Below are positions 14,294-28,410 of a stretch of 64,000 nucleotides of DNA, one piece after another. The notes beneath the pieces were generated by a model. That model had not been told where the DNA came from, did not search any database, and worked only from the letters and a program-made list of their open reading frames with translations. Location of the stretch: NCBI RefSeq assembly GCF_006345805.1, contig NC_043001.1, positions 16,120,001-16,184,000 of the forward strand, given 5' to 3'. Position 1 is the first letter of the stretch, and each line of letters opens with the position of its first letter. Position numbers and translations under genes: made by a program. The DNA is from Octopus sinensis (Eukaryota).

Positions 14294-14353
<60 letters not shown>

Positions 14354-14372
14354 CATATATATATATACGTAT

Positions 14373-14412
<40 letters not shown>

Positions 14413-14437
14413 CATATATATATATATATATATACGT

Positions 14438-14737
14438 GGAGGCGCAATGGCCCACTGGTTAGGGCAGCGGAATCGCGGTCGTAGGATCGCAGTTTCGATT
14501 CCCAGACCGAGCGTTGTGAGTGTTTATTGAGCGAAAACACCTAAAAGCTCCACGAGGCTCTGGCAGGGGGTGGTGGCTATCCCTGCTGTACTCTTTCGCC
14601 ACAACTTTCTCTTACTCTTTCTTCTGTTGGCTTGCTCGCTTAGTCAGCGGGGTGGCGTCATTTGAAGGCTAAAATAATGCGAATCGCATTGTGACCAGCG
14701 ATGTGTAGCAATACCTGATAGCCTGGTGATCACGGTG
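14438..14737 (+). mobile_element. SINE family C (tRNA-derived head, variable 3' tails), representative copy
   Basis: GGAGGCGCAATGGCCCA.TGGTTAGGGCAGCGG...GTTTCGATTCCC head. Related copies at about 9044-9545, 17198-17505(-), 19463-19843(-), 24487-24760(-), 25027-25315(-), 25592-25890(-), 26845-27130(-), 28443-29091(-), 42993-43100(-), 45445-45685(-). Confidence 0.85.
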
Positions 14738-14799
14738 ATATATATACATACACACACACACACACCACGCATACACATACACATACACACACGCACACG

Positions 14800-14835
<36 letters not shown>

Positions 14836-14854
14836 GGTAGATAGATAGATAGAT

Positions 14855-14898
<44 letters not shown>

Positions 14899-15525
14899 CA
14901 GACAGATAGATAGATATACTTGTAGGTATAGAAATCATAATTTGCCCCCTGAACAGCGGCGTTCATGATGATGTCTTACATAATTATTCTTAATACTTTC
15001 CGTCAAATTCGAACGCAAATATGCTAATCGCTTTTGTGTACGTCACAAGCGATCAGCCTCTCTTTACAACGACTGCGTGTGCTTAACACATTCGATTCAT
15101 TGGTGCAAGGGATTTTAGGACACTGGTGTTTCGATATCTTATATTTCGTATGCTAAAAGTACCCGAATCTTTAAATCTAAAGAAAAACTGAGGTTTTGTT
15201 TTATTTTTAATTTTTTTGCTTTACATAATTTCCGCGAACAAACTGTTAGCTGGTTCGTGCTGATGTCTGGCGACCAATAATACATTGTTATTTGCACTGT
15301 GAACAATGGGAATTCACGCACGCGCGTGCATACACACACACACACGTGCACGCGCGCGCAACGTGTATACAGACGTATTACCACTACCACCACTACCACC
15401 ACCGGGCCGCCACCGTCACCCGCAGAATCCCCATCACTGCTACTGCTGTTACTATCAATATGTAAATAACGCAATTTCTGGACATGTTGGTATTGAAGAA
15501 GCCTGATTACTGCTTGGCATTGCCT

Positions 15526-15916
15526 CTTGATGATGATGATGATGATGATGACGACGATGATGATGACGGCGACGATGATAATGATAATTACGACTACGAC
15601 GATGATGATAATTATGACGACGATGATGACGATGACGATGACGACAACGATGATGATGATGACGATGACAACGTCGACGATGATTATACCAATGATGGTG
15701 ATGATGATGACGATGACGATGATGATGATGACGATGATGATGATGATGACGACGACGACGATGATGATGATAACTACGACGACGATGATGACGATCACGA
15801 TGATGATGATGATGACGACGTCAACAATGATTATGCCAATGATGGTGATGATGATGACGATGATGATGATCCAGTCCCACCTCCTCTACATTCTCCACCT
15901 CTTCTTCTTCTTTTTC

Positions 15917-15967
<51 letters not shown>

Positions 15968-15970
15968 TTC
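15526..15970. repeat. Compound (GAT/GAC)n then (CTT)/(CAT)n trinucleotide repeats
   Basis: Direct reading. Confidence 0.95.
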
Positions 15971-18701
15971 ATCAAATCTTTTCTTTGCTCTTTTTAGTGT
16001 ATATATAATATGTCAGTAAAATTCAAGATTGTAACCATAGCAAACAACCTTACCTTACACTTTCAGTAAACCATGATCCATTGGGAGCGGGGGGAGGGGG
16101 AGGGGGATGTTGGAATTGGTTGTGCGGAAACCATTGATCATGTGCTGTGTAGGTGTGCATGCGCGTGTGTGTGTGTTTGTGCGTGCCTATGTGCATGCGT
16201 ATGTTGTGTGTGTGTGTGTGTGTGTATGTGTGTGCGGTTAGTTCGTCTTTGAAGTTGGTTCACTCCTTATGGACAGGTAAAGCACAGTTAAGTACATACA
16301 ATAAAACTGAGCAATCAGTTTTGCTATTTGCTACAAAGACAGACCGACGGACCGACGGACAGACAGGGCCCGCAGAAGAAAAAAACAACAACAAAGCGAC
16401 ATCTGCAGAATTAATGAGAGGCTGCAAAAATCAATCACATTAGAAAATTCGAACTCATTCCCTCCCCTTCCATCACCTCTGCCTTTCACCCAGTCTTTTC
16501 CTCTCCCGCATCCATCTTGTTTTTCTCTTTCGTGAATGCTGGTTTTCTTTTGCGGGTCCGATATTTGCTGACTCCTATGTCAAGTTGAAACTGCTGTTTG
16601 CTTTTCGGTATTGATTGTCCAAGGTTAAAGACAAGATCAGCAAGTTCCTTGAAAGAAAGGACTATTGTTGATTATATCATCGTCCTGCTGTTTATTTTAT
16701 TGCTTCTGAAGAGATGAAGAGATGAAAGTCAATATTAGCGGAGTGAAGGCGAAGATGGCGTTCAAGCCAACAGGTTCGAGAGATGACAAACTATTTGCAG
16801 TGCGAATATCCCAGTTTTAACATGTTTGTTTACTCACACAGAGCATCACTTATCTCAATGCTGTCTCATCGTCTTTCGTCATTTCATTCTTTAAGTGCCT
16901 CATCTAGAAGATATTTCTTTATTGCCCACAAGGGGCTAAACATAGAGGGGACAAACAAGGACAGACAAAGGGATAAAGTCGATTACATCTACCCCAGTGA
17001 GTAACTGGTACTTAATTTATCGACCCCGAATTTATCGGCGGAATTTGAACTCACAACGTAGTGGCAGACGAAATACGGCTACGCATTTCGCCCGGCGTGA
17101 AGAACCTGGCGGTTGAGAGAATCTCTCCATATGCATGACCGGTTTAATTCTTCGGTTTTACTTTAAAGTTTGAATCAGTATTAAAAAAAAACGATAAACG
17201 TCGCCCTTTTCAAGCCTAGCCAGGCCCATGGGCCCGGTTTCCCTGTTTCTATGGCGTATGTGTTCTCCCCAGCTGGACGGGATGCCAGTGCATCGCAGCG
17301 TTACTCAACAAACAGGAAGAGAGAGAGTGAGAGAAAATTGTGGCGAAAGAGTACAACAGGGGTCACCACCACCCTCTGCCGGAGCCTCGTGGAGCTTTTA
17401 GGTGTATTCGCTTAATAAACACACACAACGCCCAGTCCGGGAATCGAAACCGCGATCCTCCGACCGCGAGCCCGCTGCCCTAACCACTAGGCCATTGCAC
17501 CTCCACCTGAACACGCAATTAAATGAAATGCAACTTTAATCAAGGCAATTTTATCTTCTTTCAACAATTGTTTTCCTAATAACTAGGATCCTATATTTAA
17601 AACGACAATATTACGCACATACTTAGAAATACTCACACATACTTACACACACACACATGCATCAATATAGATATTTATTATTCTTAAACAGCAATATCGT
17701 TGACAGTGACTTCGAAGCTTCGGCCACCCAGCCATTGTTAGACGATGACTTAGTTGGCCAAAATTTCCAAGTCTCTGTCAGTAACATTCTTCCTTTAGGG
17801 CGGCGAGCTGGCAGAAACGTTAGCACGACGGGCTAACTTTGCCTTTCGGTCGACTTTGCCTTTCGTCCTTTCGGGGTCGATTAAATAAGTACCAGTTACG
17901 CACTGGGGTCGATGTAATCGACTTAATCCGTTTGTCTGTCCTTGTTTGTCCCCTCTGTGTGTAGCCCCTTGTGTGTAGTAAAGAAATAGGTATTTCATCT
18001 GCCGCTACGTTCTGAGTTCAAATTTCGACGAGGTCGACTTTGCCTTTCATCCTTTCGGGGTCGATAAATTAAGTACCAGTTACGCACTGGGATCGATGTA
18101 ATCGACTTTAGTCTCTTTGTCTGTCCTTGTTTGTCCTCTCTATGTTTAGCCCCTTGCGGACAATAAAGAAATAAGAATTGTTAGCACGCCGAGCGAAATG
18201 CTCATCGGTATTTCGTCTGCCGCTACGTTCTGAGTTCAAATTCCGCCGAGGTCAACTTTGCCTTTCATCCTTTCAGGGTCGATTAAATAAGTACCAGTTA
18301 CGCACTGGGGTCGATATAATTGACTTAATCCGTTTGTCTGTCCTTGTTTGTTCTCTTTGTGTTTTGCCCCTTGTGGGCAATAAAGAAATAAATAATATTC
18401 TTCCTTAAGAATAATCCATTCTACTATAGGCACAAATCCTGAAATATTGGGGGAGGGAAGAGTCGATCACATCGATCGCAGCACTATTGACTGATACTTA
18501 ATTAATCGACGTCGGAAGGATGAAAGACAAAGTCAACAGCGGCGGAATTTGAACTCAGAACGTAGCAACGGGCGAAATCCCGCTAAGTATTTTGCCGGGC
18601 ATGCTAACGATTCTGCTAGCTCGCCGCTTTAAGAATAATAAAATTCTGCTCTACAAAACTGAACATAAAACAAACATTAGAATATAAACCTAAAGCAAGC
18701 C

Positions 18702-18739
<38 letters not shown>

Positions 18740-20211
18740 TGTGTATGGCGATCCCATTGTAACTTCAAATAAATTAAACAAACTATTATTACCAGATCGG
18801 TACCATAATGTGTCATTGAATTTAATAAGTGTTTTTCAAGCTAATAGAATAATATCAATTTCCAATGATGTAATATCAGTGAGATATTTGGCTAAAATTA
18901 TAGCTTTATTTAATACGAACAAAACACGGTGCTGTGTTGTTAAACATTTAAACCAAATTTTCTCAAAACAACTTGTCCGACCGTCCCATAGGCTTCCCCT
19001 TTGAGAAACACTGATTTAACCTAAATTTGAGACACCAACAAAAGAAGAAATAAAGATAGACATTTTTTTCTATTCCAAAGAAAAACGATTTTATTCACAC
19101 AAATATGCAACCGAAGAGTTTAAAGTAGCAATAATGATAAGGCTGTTGACTGGGAGAACACAAACATGGTTTAAACAGAAAGCTTGGCAGGAAAGAAACG
19201 TGCCTTTAAGCAGTACAAAAACAACAAAAAATGGAAGGTGTAGTTATGTACAGATTGTCGGAAGAAAAGCAGGACAAAAACGGCTTTATCGATCGCATTC
19301 TCACCTGGAATCGATTTCTGTAATTTTTTCAAGGCTTATACACGCCCTGATACAGTCGGTATCTACACATCAAATTTGAGCGCAATCGGATGGAGGATGC
19401 CCGAGATCCGAGAAGACACACACACAGACAAACAGACAGAACGGATTTTATATGAGATATGGAAGCACTCCGTCGGTTACGACGATGAGGGTTCCGGTTG
19501 ATCCGAATCAACGGAACAGCCTGCTCGTGAAATTAACGTGTAAGTGGCTGAGCACTCCACAGACACGTGTACCCTTAACGTAGTTCTCGGGGATATTCAG
19601 CGTGACACAGAGAGTGACGAGGCCGGCCCTTTGAAATACAGGTACAACAGAAACAGGAAGTAAGAGTGAGAGAAAGTTGTGGTGAAAGAGTACAGCAGGG
19701 ATCACCACCATCCCCTGCCGGAGCCTCGTGGAGCACTAGGTGTTTTCGCTCAATAAACACTCACAACGCCCGGTATGGGAATCGAAACCGCGATCCTATG
19801 ACCGCGAGTCCGCTGCCCTAACCACTGGGCCATTGCGCCTCCATATATTAGACAATTGGTAATATGGATGCATAATAATTGTTAATGTCAAATTGTAAAA
19901 ACGATAAGTTTGTCTTATTAGGTAATAAATGGAACCAAGATATTACTTGATCTTACCCCCTTCTTGAGCTCACTCACTCCTCCATTGCAGCCCCATTATA
20001 CTCTTTATATCTTTATATCGACTGTTAGCTCGGGGCTAAAGAAGACACCTGTTCAATGAGTCATGGTCCACTCAGTGCGACTGGATCCAACTTCTTAACA
20101 CACACACACACGTATATGCATATATATACAAATACATATTTTCAGTCGATCAATCGATGGATTGATAAAATTGAACCATGAACGCACCCATACATATCTG
20201 AAATATATATA

Positions 20212-20285
<74 letters not shown>

Positions 20286-20538
20286 GTATATATATATTCG
20301 TATTAGAGTGTTAAACTTTTCGGCATGCAAATTATGGACTCCGTCATAGAGTAACTGCTGCATTTGTTGAGTATATTAAACAGTTTGGCTGCTTGTTTCT
20401 TTGTGTCTCTCAGAATGATTTGGACTCCGTTGATGAGAACCCAATAAGGTTCGAAAATCGATTGACATTGTATTCATTTTCTTCAGTCTGCGGAACAATT
20501 GCTAAAATTCGCCCTGCTTATAATTTTACCATATGTAC

Positions 20539-20579
<41 letters not shown>

Positions 20580-20580
<1 letters not shown>

Positions 20581-21055
20581 AATAGTAAAAAGTGAAAAAA
20601 CTACAGAAGGCTTGATTTAAAAGGTTAAAAAAATATATATTTGAGTCATTATGTCAGAAGATTGTTATAAATTGTTTTCATACAATGACATAGTTTTTGA
20701 AGAAATGACCGGTTTCGCGTTCAGCTTTTGAAATTTCTTACATCGTTATGTTTTCGTTGAAAAGTGTAAAGTAGAGTTCCAGATAAGGGGAGGTAATAAG
20801 TGATTTCTTCCGATGTAAGGGAGATAATCGCTTAATATTTCTTGCCTTTTTGCAGGGGTGAGTTTCTCTGTATAAGAATGTTGGAATGGTTAAGTTTGAG
20901 CTTGTATTTTTCAATGAAGAATGTTTCCTTGTTTAGTCTAATTTGTGTTGGTGTTCCGATAGCACATTGGTAGAATGGGAAGATTAAAAATTGTGGTAGT
21001 AGTTGCTTTGCGCATTTCTCAATGTGCTCACTAAAGGGTACGTGCTTTCATACAC
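20580..21055 (-). mobile_element. 3' fragment of a second Penelope family (GIY-YIG C-terminus plus terminal repeat)
   Basis: Minus-strand translation HVPFSEHIEKCAKQLLPQFLIFPFYQC...IRLNKETFFIEKYKLKLN resembles Penelope endonuclease C-termini. Followed by hammerhead-like CTGAACGCGAAACCGGTC. (TA)n on both sides. Confidence 0.7.
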
Positions 21056-21066
21056 CAACTTTCTCA

Positions 21067-21102
<36 letters not shown>

Positions 21103-21521
21103 CATACACGCACACTCATACGAACTCATGTATGGTTACGCACAAATGCAAACACACATACGTATTTATTTATAAATGTTTGTCATTCAGTATCTCGCTC
21201 CCCTTCACTATCGGACTGTCTGTGGTGGCATGTAAGAGATAGTTTAAACGGAACAGCTGAGTTAAAAGTCGTTTCTACTCTATCATCATCACTATGACCA
21301 TCACCAACAGGAAGGTATTTAACCCCATCATACATACAATGCCTTTGAGGTGACCGCAAAGAAAAAACAAAGAATTCTTTGTGTATCACATGAGCCGCAT
21401 TTTTTCTTGTCTCTCAGATTGTTAACAAATCGTTACGTGTATTTTCAAGAAGATTTCTGCCAACATTGTAAGCTCCTAGTGCCCACCCTTCCAGAACCTA
21501 GACAACTCTGTAAGTAACACA

Positions 21522-21798
21522 GCGGCATTCTTTCGATATAACTCGACAAAATCAAAACATTTCACTTCGAGTATTTCCGTGGAAGCAAATGACAGTCCGA
21601 TTCTGTTTTCTGCTTGGAAATTTGCGGATTTTACCTGCACACATGAAACAGATAAGAACAAATATGCAAGGCTTTTTTTCTTCGAGTTTAAAACGAGACA
21701 TTGCTGGCATAATTTCGTTATATCTATACTCCACAACCCACGTACATACCCGGAGTGAAATATTTTGATTCTATCGAGTTATATCGAAGGAATGCCAA
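21522..21798. mobile_element. Degenerate MITE or inverted-repeat element
   Basis: GGCATTCTTTCGATATAACTCGACAAAATCAAAACATTTCACT pairs with AGTGAAATATTTTGATTCTATCGAGTTATATCGAAGGAATGCC. Confidence 0.6.
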
Positions 21799-22204
21799 CA
21801 CAGCTGGTTATTCAATCCATAAATTTGTACAGGAGGGCTTCAAAACCGATTGATAAGTTCACTGGCCATTTGGGTCGAAGAATCGACAGTTGGTGTCATT
21901 GCACTTCGTTTGTGTGATGAATAGAGACAAAGTCTTGGTTGTGGGCAAGTAAATTTAAAACCTATTTTACGACCAATTCTACACCCACCACGCATAAATA
22001 CGCGCATGCGTACAAACTAGCACACACACACACAAACACTCATCAGAGCTCTTCTCAATCTCACCACGACGTACACACAGTCGTCGCTATAAGCGAAGAC
22101 CTTCTGATCTCTCTAAGCCAACAAGGCGATCGATAACCTCAATCAGATTACAGACTAAATTCTTAGCTCAGTATATCATGCCAACAACTGTAGTTGCTTG
22201 CAAT

Positions 22205-22250
<46 letters not shown>

Positions 22251-23008
22251 TCACCCTCTCTCCCTCTGACCACGTTCAACATCCAGTCCAACCTTTAAAG
22301 CTTAACTTCAGCCACTTCGATTTCCTTATTCTGGAAAGAATTACAGAGGTCAAGGGTGCTTGCGCTATCCATCCGCCTAATTAATACAAGCTGTCCTTCG
22401 CACGTCTAAGTGCAACTCATTCAAACAGAAAAAAAGTTAGAAATGATAAGGTTGTTATTACTGTTGAAAACCTATAGACCAGCTTAGACAATGATTAAAG
22501 GCCTTCCAATTGTGCCTAGTCAAGAATTTTCTACATCGATGTCTAAAGTCTAAAGCGTCTTTTAAGACGATAGGCGATGGCTTAAGATAAATTTAACTGC
22601 TATTTCGACCATATTTTAGTTATGCGAGTGATAAGGTGGTTTATATCTATGACAACGCTTGAGGCAATTTATTGATAGGAGGGTGGTATGACTTACCAAC
22701 TAGAATACACTATAGACTATGCAAATTTTTTTATTAAAAGCAGCTCGTGTATTAACTGATGTGGTTCCCCCTATTTAATTAACTCGATATATTTGAGAGA
22801 CGTGACGTTTTCATTAGAGGTGAGTTCCTTTATATACACACACACACCGGTGCATGCACACTCATACCGAACAATCTAAGTACCTATCTACCTGTCTGTC
22901 TACATACCTACTTACCCTTCACCTACTACCAACTACCAACCTTCTACCTACCTACATACAAACATACATACGTATGCATATATATATATATATACACACA
23001 CATATATA

Positions 23009-23059
<51 letters not shown>

Positions 23060-23296
23060 GTGAGTTACAAGTAAAATATTATTGTGGAGCTATATCTGTA
23101 GTAAATAGGAATAAGCGGTCTTTGGCTGCTATTTTAAATTTTTCGGTATGTGGTTTAGCAACCTATTGCTTAACCTAATTATATATATATATAACTTTTT
23201 TCTAAAAGTCCTACCGATTATGGTTCTCTTTTCATACCAATAACTACTTGGTAATAATTGTTAATTTTTAAATTATAATTATCTACCCTTATATTA

Positions 23297-23331
<35 letters not shown>

Positions 23332-23334
<3 letters not shown>

Positions 23335-23632
23335 ATATATATATATATATATATATGAAAGTGAGGTTGTGTGGTGTCGTCTCCTACGATTTAGATCCTA
23401 ACTACTCCCACAATTTGCGGTGCAGTTTAACCAAAAGCGGGTATCTTATAGTCGTGATCCATATCGAGCCCTTCTGGGTATTAGCGTGCGTCTTACGATG
23501 AGTCTACGATTTAAAAAAAAAATTACCATCATGTTTTCCCATTTTTTTTGGGCTATTTACTTTACATACTCTAAAAATGCTTATATAGTTATTTCCCTTA
23601 CAAACCCGAGCAACGCCGGGCGATACTGCTAG
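23332..23632 (+). mobile_element. Non-autonomous Helitron (same family as 9738)
   Basis: Near-identical termini with an internal deletion. TC...hairpin-CTAG. Confidence 0.85.
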
Positions 23633-23649
23633 TATATTATATATATTAT

Positions 23650-23680
<31 letters not shown>

Positions 23681-26556
23681 CCTTCCTAAATAAGCACAAG
23701 GCCTGAAATTTTAGTGGTGAGGGCGTTCTCTCCTCTTTTTAGCAAGGTTATATATAACATTAAAAGAAGAGGGATCAGCGAACAAAATTAAGTGAAAGCG
23801 GTGGAATATCTGGCCATGCCTCATCGGAAGACAATGGTGCAAACTTTGCCTTGTCGAGAGAACAATGATTCTGGAATGGCTGGTAAAATCCGAGGGAGTT
23901 CATGAATTCAAAAAGGGAAATTTTGTGCAACTGCCTTCACGAAAGAAAATTAATTTTGAAAATGTAGTCTTCCCGTTTGCGAACTAAAGTTGTGTGGGAA
24001 GAAATGCACGCAGGAACAGCTGACCCACTTCGTCAGGGCTGGAATCGTACAAGGGGAGACAACTCTCCTTTTTTTCTCTAAGGAAAGGGTTTTCCCTTCT
24101 GATTTTTTCCCCCACCAAACTGACCAACACTGTATATTTACCTCCATCGTCAAAGAGACTGATGAGTCATCTATATTGCCAAGTACAATAGTAGACGCTA
24201 AACTAATGATGACTTTTTTGACCGGTTATATGCCATAACCAAGGATATACTACACGATTATATAATCATGTGTATGTATATCTGTACTTGAGCGCACGTA
24301 TGTATATTAGTGGTGTCAATGTTATACTTCAAACATCGTCACCATTTGTCCAAATTTCGAATATTTAAGAAATAAAAAACAAACTTAACCGTGAAATTAT
24401 GATTGAATGAATCATTATCAATCAGCTGTGGCATTTGAAACCGTGTGCTAACTCTTTGAAGATATTATTTTTAAACGAGGAATTAAGGGTAAAGACCCCC
24501 TTCGGTCATGAGTAACCATGGGTTTGCACCTAGAGAGTTACCCTCTGAGGCACAAGTCTGGGCAAGGTTGTTTTTATGGAAGACCAGCAGTCGCCCATGC
24601 ATACCGGCCTCCCCTCTCCACACCACCAGTGTTATCCAAGGGAAAGACAAAGGTCGATACAGCTTGGCACCAGTGACGTCGCAACTCATTTCTACAGCTG
24701 AGTGAACTGGAGCAACGTGAAATAAAGTGCTTTGCTCAAGAACACAACACGCAGCCCGGAACATATTTAATTCTAAACAATTTTCATGGTCCAAAATCAT
24801 TCCAAGACCTCGAAACTTTTCCTTGATATGTATGTTTGCTAACGTTTTAATTCTATGACGGTCAATTATCTGTCTTTTGTCACTGAGTGTGGAAATGTAA
24901 AAAAACTATTGTAGGTTAATCATAAACTTTTCTCAGGAAATGTTATTGAAAGTTTATCTCAAACTCTCACAGAATTCTTGAAAACCTTTGTGGCTTTCTG
25001 AACTTTCTATCTTATCCTACTTTTTTGTTCCTTCTCGAGCCACGCCTGGCTCATAACGGCCGGTCTCCCGGTTTCTTGGCGTATAGGTTCCCCACTTGGA
25101 CGGGACGCCAGTCCGTCGCAGGTAAGCTGCAAGAGGAAAGAGAGAGAAAGTTGTGGCGAAGGAATCCGCAGAAGTTCGCCATTACCTTCTGCCGGAGCCG
25201 CGTGGAGCTTAGGTGTTTTCGCTCATTAACATACGCATCACCCGGTCTGAGATTCGAACCCGCGATACCTCGATCGCGAATCCGCTGCTCTAACCACTAG
25301 GCCATGTGCCTCCACCATCTTATCCTACTAAAATGACATTGGACAGGATGTTCGTCCCACCATCATTCAGCTAGTCTTAACCCAAACCAGAAGGTACAAA
25401 TCGGTTCAGACTGTAGTAGACATTGAGGATATTATCAAGTACCTAACGGTTTCTCAATTCTTCAGCCCATTGCTGTCTCTCTCTACAGTCTATTGCTGAA
25501 AGTAGGAAAACCGATTATGTCGATACAAATTTTGGATGCACAAAGCTTTGTAACAGTACAAGACTAGCTGCCAAAACTCTTTTGCCCTATATGTTCCTTC
25601 TCGAGCCACGCCTGGCTCATAAGAGCCGGTTTCCCGGTTTCCTTGGCGTATAGGTTTCCCACCTGGGCAGGACGCCGGTCCGTCGCAGGTGAGCTGCAAG
25701 ATGCAGGAGGAAAGAGTGAGAGAAAGTTGTAGCGAAAGTGTCAGCAGACGTTCGCCATTACCTTCGGCCGGAGCCGCGTGGAGCTTAGGTGTTTTCGCTC
25801 ATAAACACACACATCGCCCGGTCTGAGATTCGAACCCGCGATCCCTCGACCGCGAGTCCGCTGCTCTAACCACTAGGCCACGTGCCTCCACTCATTTCCG
25901 AATAGTGTTGATCGTCTTAAGATCTCGATGTTGTTTGGCTCCAGATGGACACTGACAGAGCAAGCAAGGATCAAGTGAGTTCAAGTCGCGACCATTCCAT
26001 CGATTTATCAATATAGTACTTACATTGTTCATGGTAGCCTTGGTTGTTTTTACTTTCAAGCACTAGGATGTGATTTGAAAGGGATCTGGCTGCTATTTCT
26101 AGCAGGTGGAGTAATAACGTCGCAATTCCTTCTTTGGTTCGATGAGACCTTGTTTTTTCTGGTATAAAATAATACTAAGACATGATCCATAAATTATCTG
26201 CTAGCTATATCTAAAGGTGATATAGCTATAGTTTAAATTTCTAATGGAGTACATCAGTTACTGTGATCAGGGTTTTAATATGATGTAAATGCAACATAAC
26301 TCTTTTACTTGTTTCAGTCATTTGACTGTGGCCATGCTGGAGCACCACCTTTAGTCGAGCACATCGACCCCAGGACTTATTTTTTGTAAGCCTAGTACTT
26401 ATTTTATCGATCTCTTTTGCCGAACCGGTAATTTACGGGGACGTAAACACACCAGTATCAGTTGTCAAGCGATGTCGGGGGGGACAAACACAGACACACA
26501 CAGAAACACAGATACAGACACACAGACACAGACACACAGACACACACACACACACA

Positions 26557-26642
<86 letters not shown>

Positions 26643-28371
26643 TACGACGGGCTTCTTTCAGTTTCCGTCTACCAAATCCACTCACAAGGCTCTGGTCGGT
26701 CTGAGGCTATAGTAGAAGACACTTGCCAAAGGTGCCACGCAGTGGGACTGAACCCGGAACCATGTAGTTCGTAAGCAAGCTACTTACCACACAGCCACTC
26801 CTACGCCGTTAGTAATATAGTTTATGGCTGTGGTGCACAAAGACTGGAACTCCGTCGGTTATGACGAGGATCCAGTTGATCCAATCAACGGAAAGGCTTG
26901 TTCGTGAAATTAACGTGCAAGTGGCTGAGCACTCCACAGACACGTGTAACCCTTAACGTAGTTCTCGGGGAGATTCAGCGTGACAAAGAATGTGACAAGG
27001 CTGACCCCCTTTGAATTACAGGTAAAAATCATTTTTTGGTGTCTTGCTAAGGGACACAACGCTAGAAATCGAACTCACGATGTTACGATCAAGAACTGAA
27101 TACGCTAACCACTAAGGCAGGCACCTTCACTGTGGTACACAGCTTATTTTAGGTTGAGCAGGTAAACCAGTGGACCCTACCAGAGTTTTCGTAGTCCCCT
27201 GAGAGTAATTGCTTACATCTCTCTCTATATATATAAACAGCAAAATGTGTGTGTGTGTGTATGTGTGTGTATGTGTGTGTGTGTGTTGTGTGGTGTGTGT
27301 GTGTGCCTGTCATTTATACAAATCCACAATTTTTCAGTTAGAGGGCTCACACTTTCTATGGTCATTCAAAGCAGTCCAAGGGCGGTCGTGCACATCTTTA
27401 CATTTCCCCAGTCATCCCCGCAAAGCCATTAAAAGATCAATAGAAGTGACTTTTTTTGTGAATTTTCTATCTAAAACCCAATTAAAATGGCCGAAACTTG
27501 ATACGCCAATTGAATGCCAGCTAGCTGTATGTGATTGGTCGGAGATTTGGACAGTACTCGCATGTATGTGCGCACGCACGCAGCTGTATATGCATGCACT
27601 AGCACTATGACCTGGCGTTGCCGAGTCATAGTGCTAGAAATGAATAAAGTTTTTGACTTCGAATCAGAAATTTGCCAGTTCAAATCTCACCGTAGTCGAA
27701 TAATCTTCAGGTGCAGGGATGGTGGTGTGATTCAGATGCTCGCTTTGCGACCAAGTGGTTTCAGGTTCTGTCCTACATCATGGCACTTTGGGCAAGTGTC
27801 TTCTACTATAACCTCGGAAGGACTAATGACTTGTTAATTGAACTTGGTTGACGTCATGCGTGAGCTTTTGGTTTTGTGCTTATCCTTCCCACAGCTTGAT
27901 AAACAGTCTTGGTTTGTTGACATTCGTCAAAAGAAATCGATAGGATAAGTATTAAACTTAACAAAATAAGTACTGAGGTCAATTTGCTTAATCCCTTCAA
28001 GGCGGTGCTCCAGCATGGCCGCAGTCCAATGACTGAAGCATGTACAAGATAAAAGATAAAAGAATCTAACATTTCAAAGTTGCACATGTCTAGCAAGATC
28101 AGGGACTCGTTAATTGAGAACGAAACAGCTGCATCCTGGAAGATCCATTTTAGACAAAAACATACAAAACAACAGTTAAATTCAATATTTATTTTATTTT
28201 TTGAGGAGTTAAAATTTTTATCGTACAACTGAAGTCTGGTCACTGGCATAGTTCCACTGCAATTGTTTAAAATTTAGTCACTAGTCAGTCCTTATATAGG
28301 TTTTGTGTCCTTTCTTGTACACACAATCTTGCGCGCTCACACATACATCACACACACACACACATCACACA

Positions 28372-28410
<39 letters not shown>

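Noticed and set aside
15484-16008. Poly-Asp/poly-His protein ORF and its poly-Met/poly-Ile alternatives
   Set aside because: Pure trinucleotide repeat open in several frames, with no domain or splice evidence.
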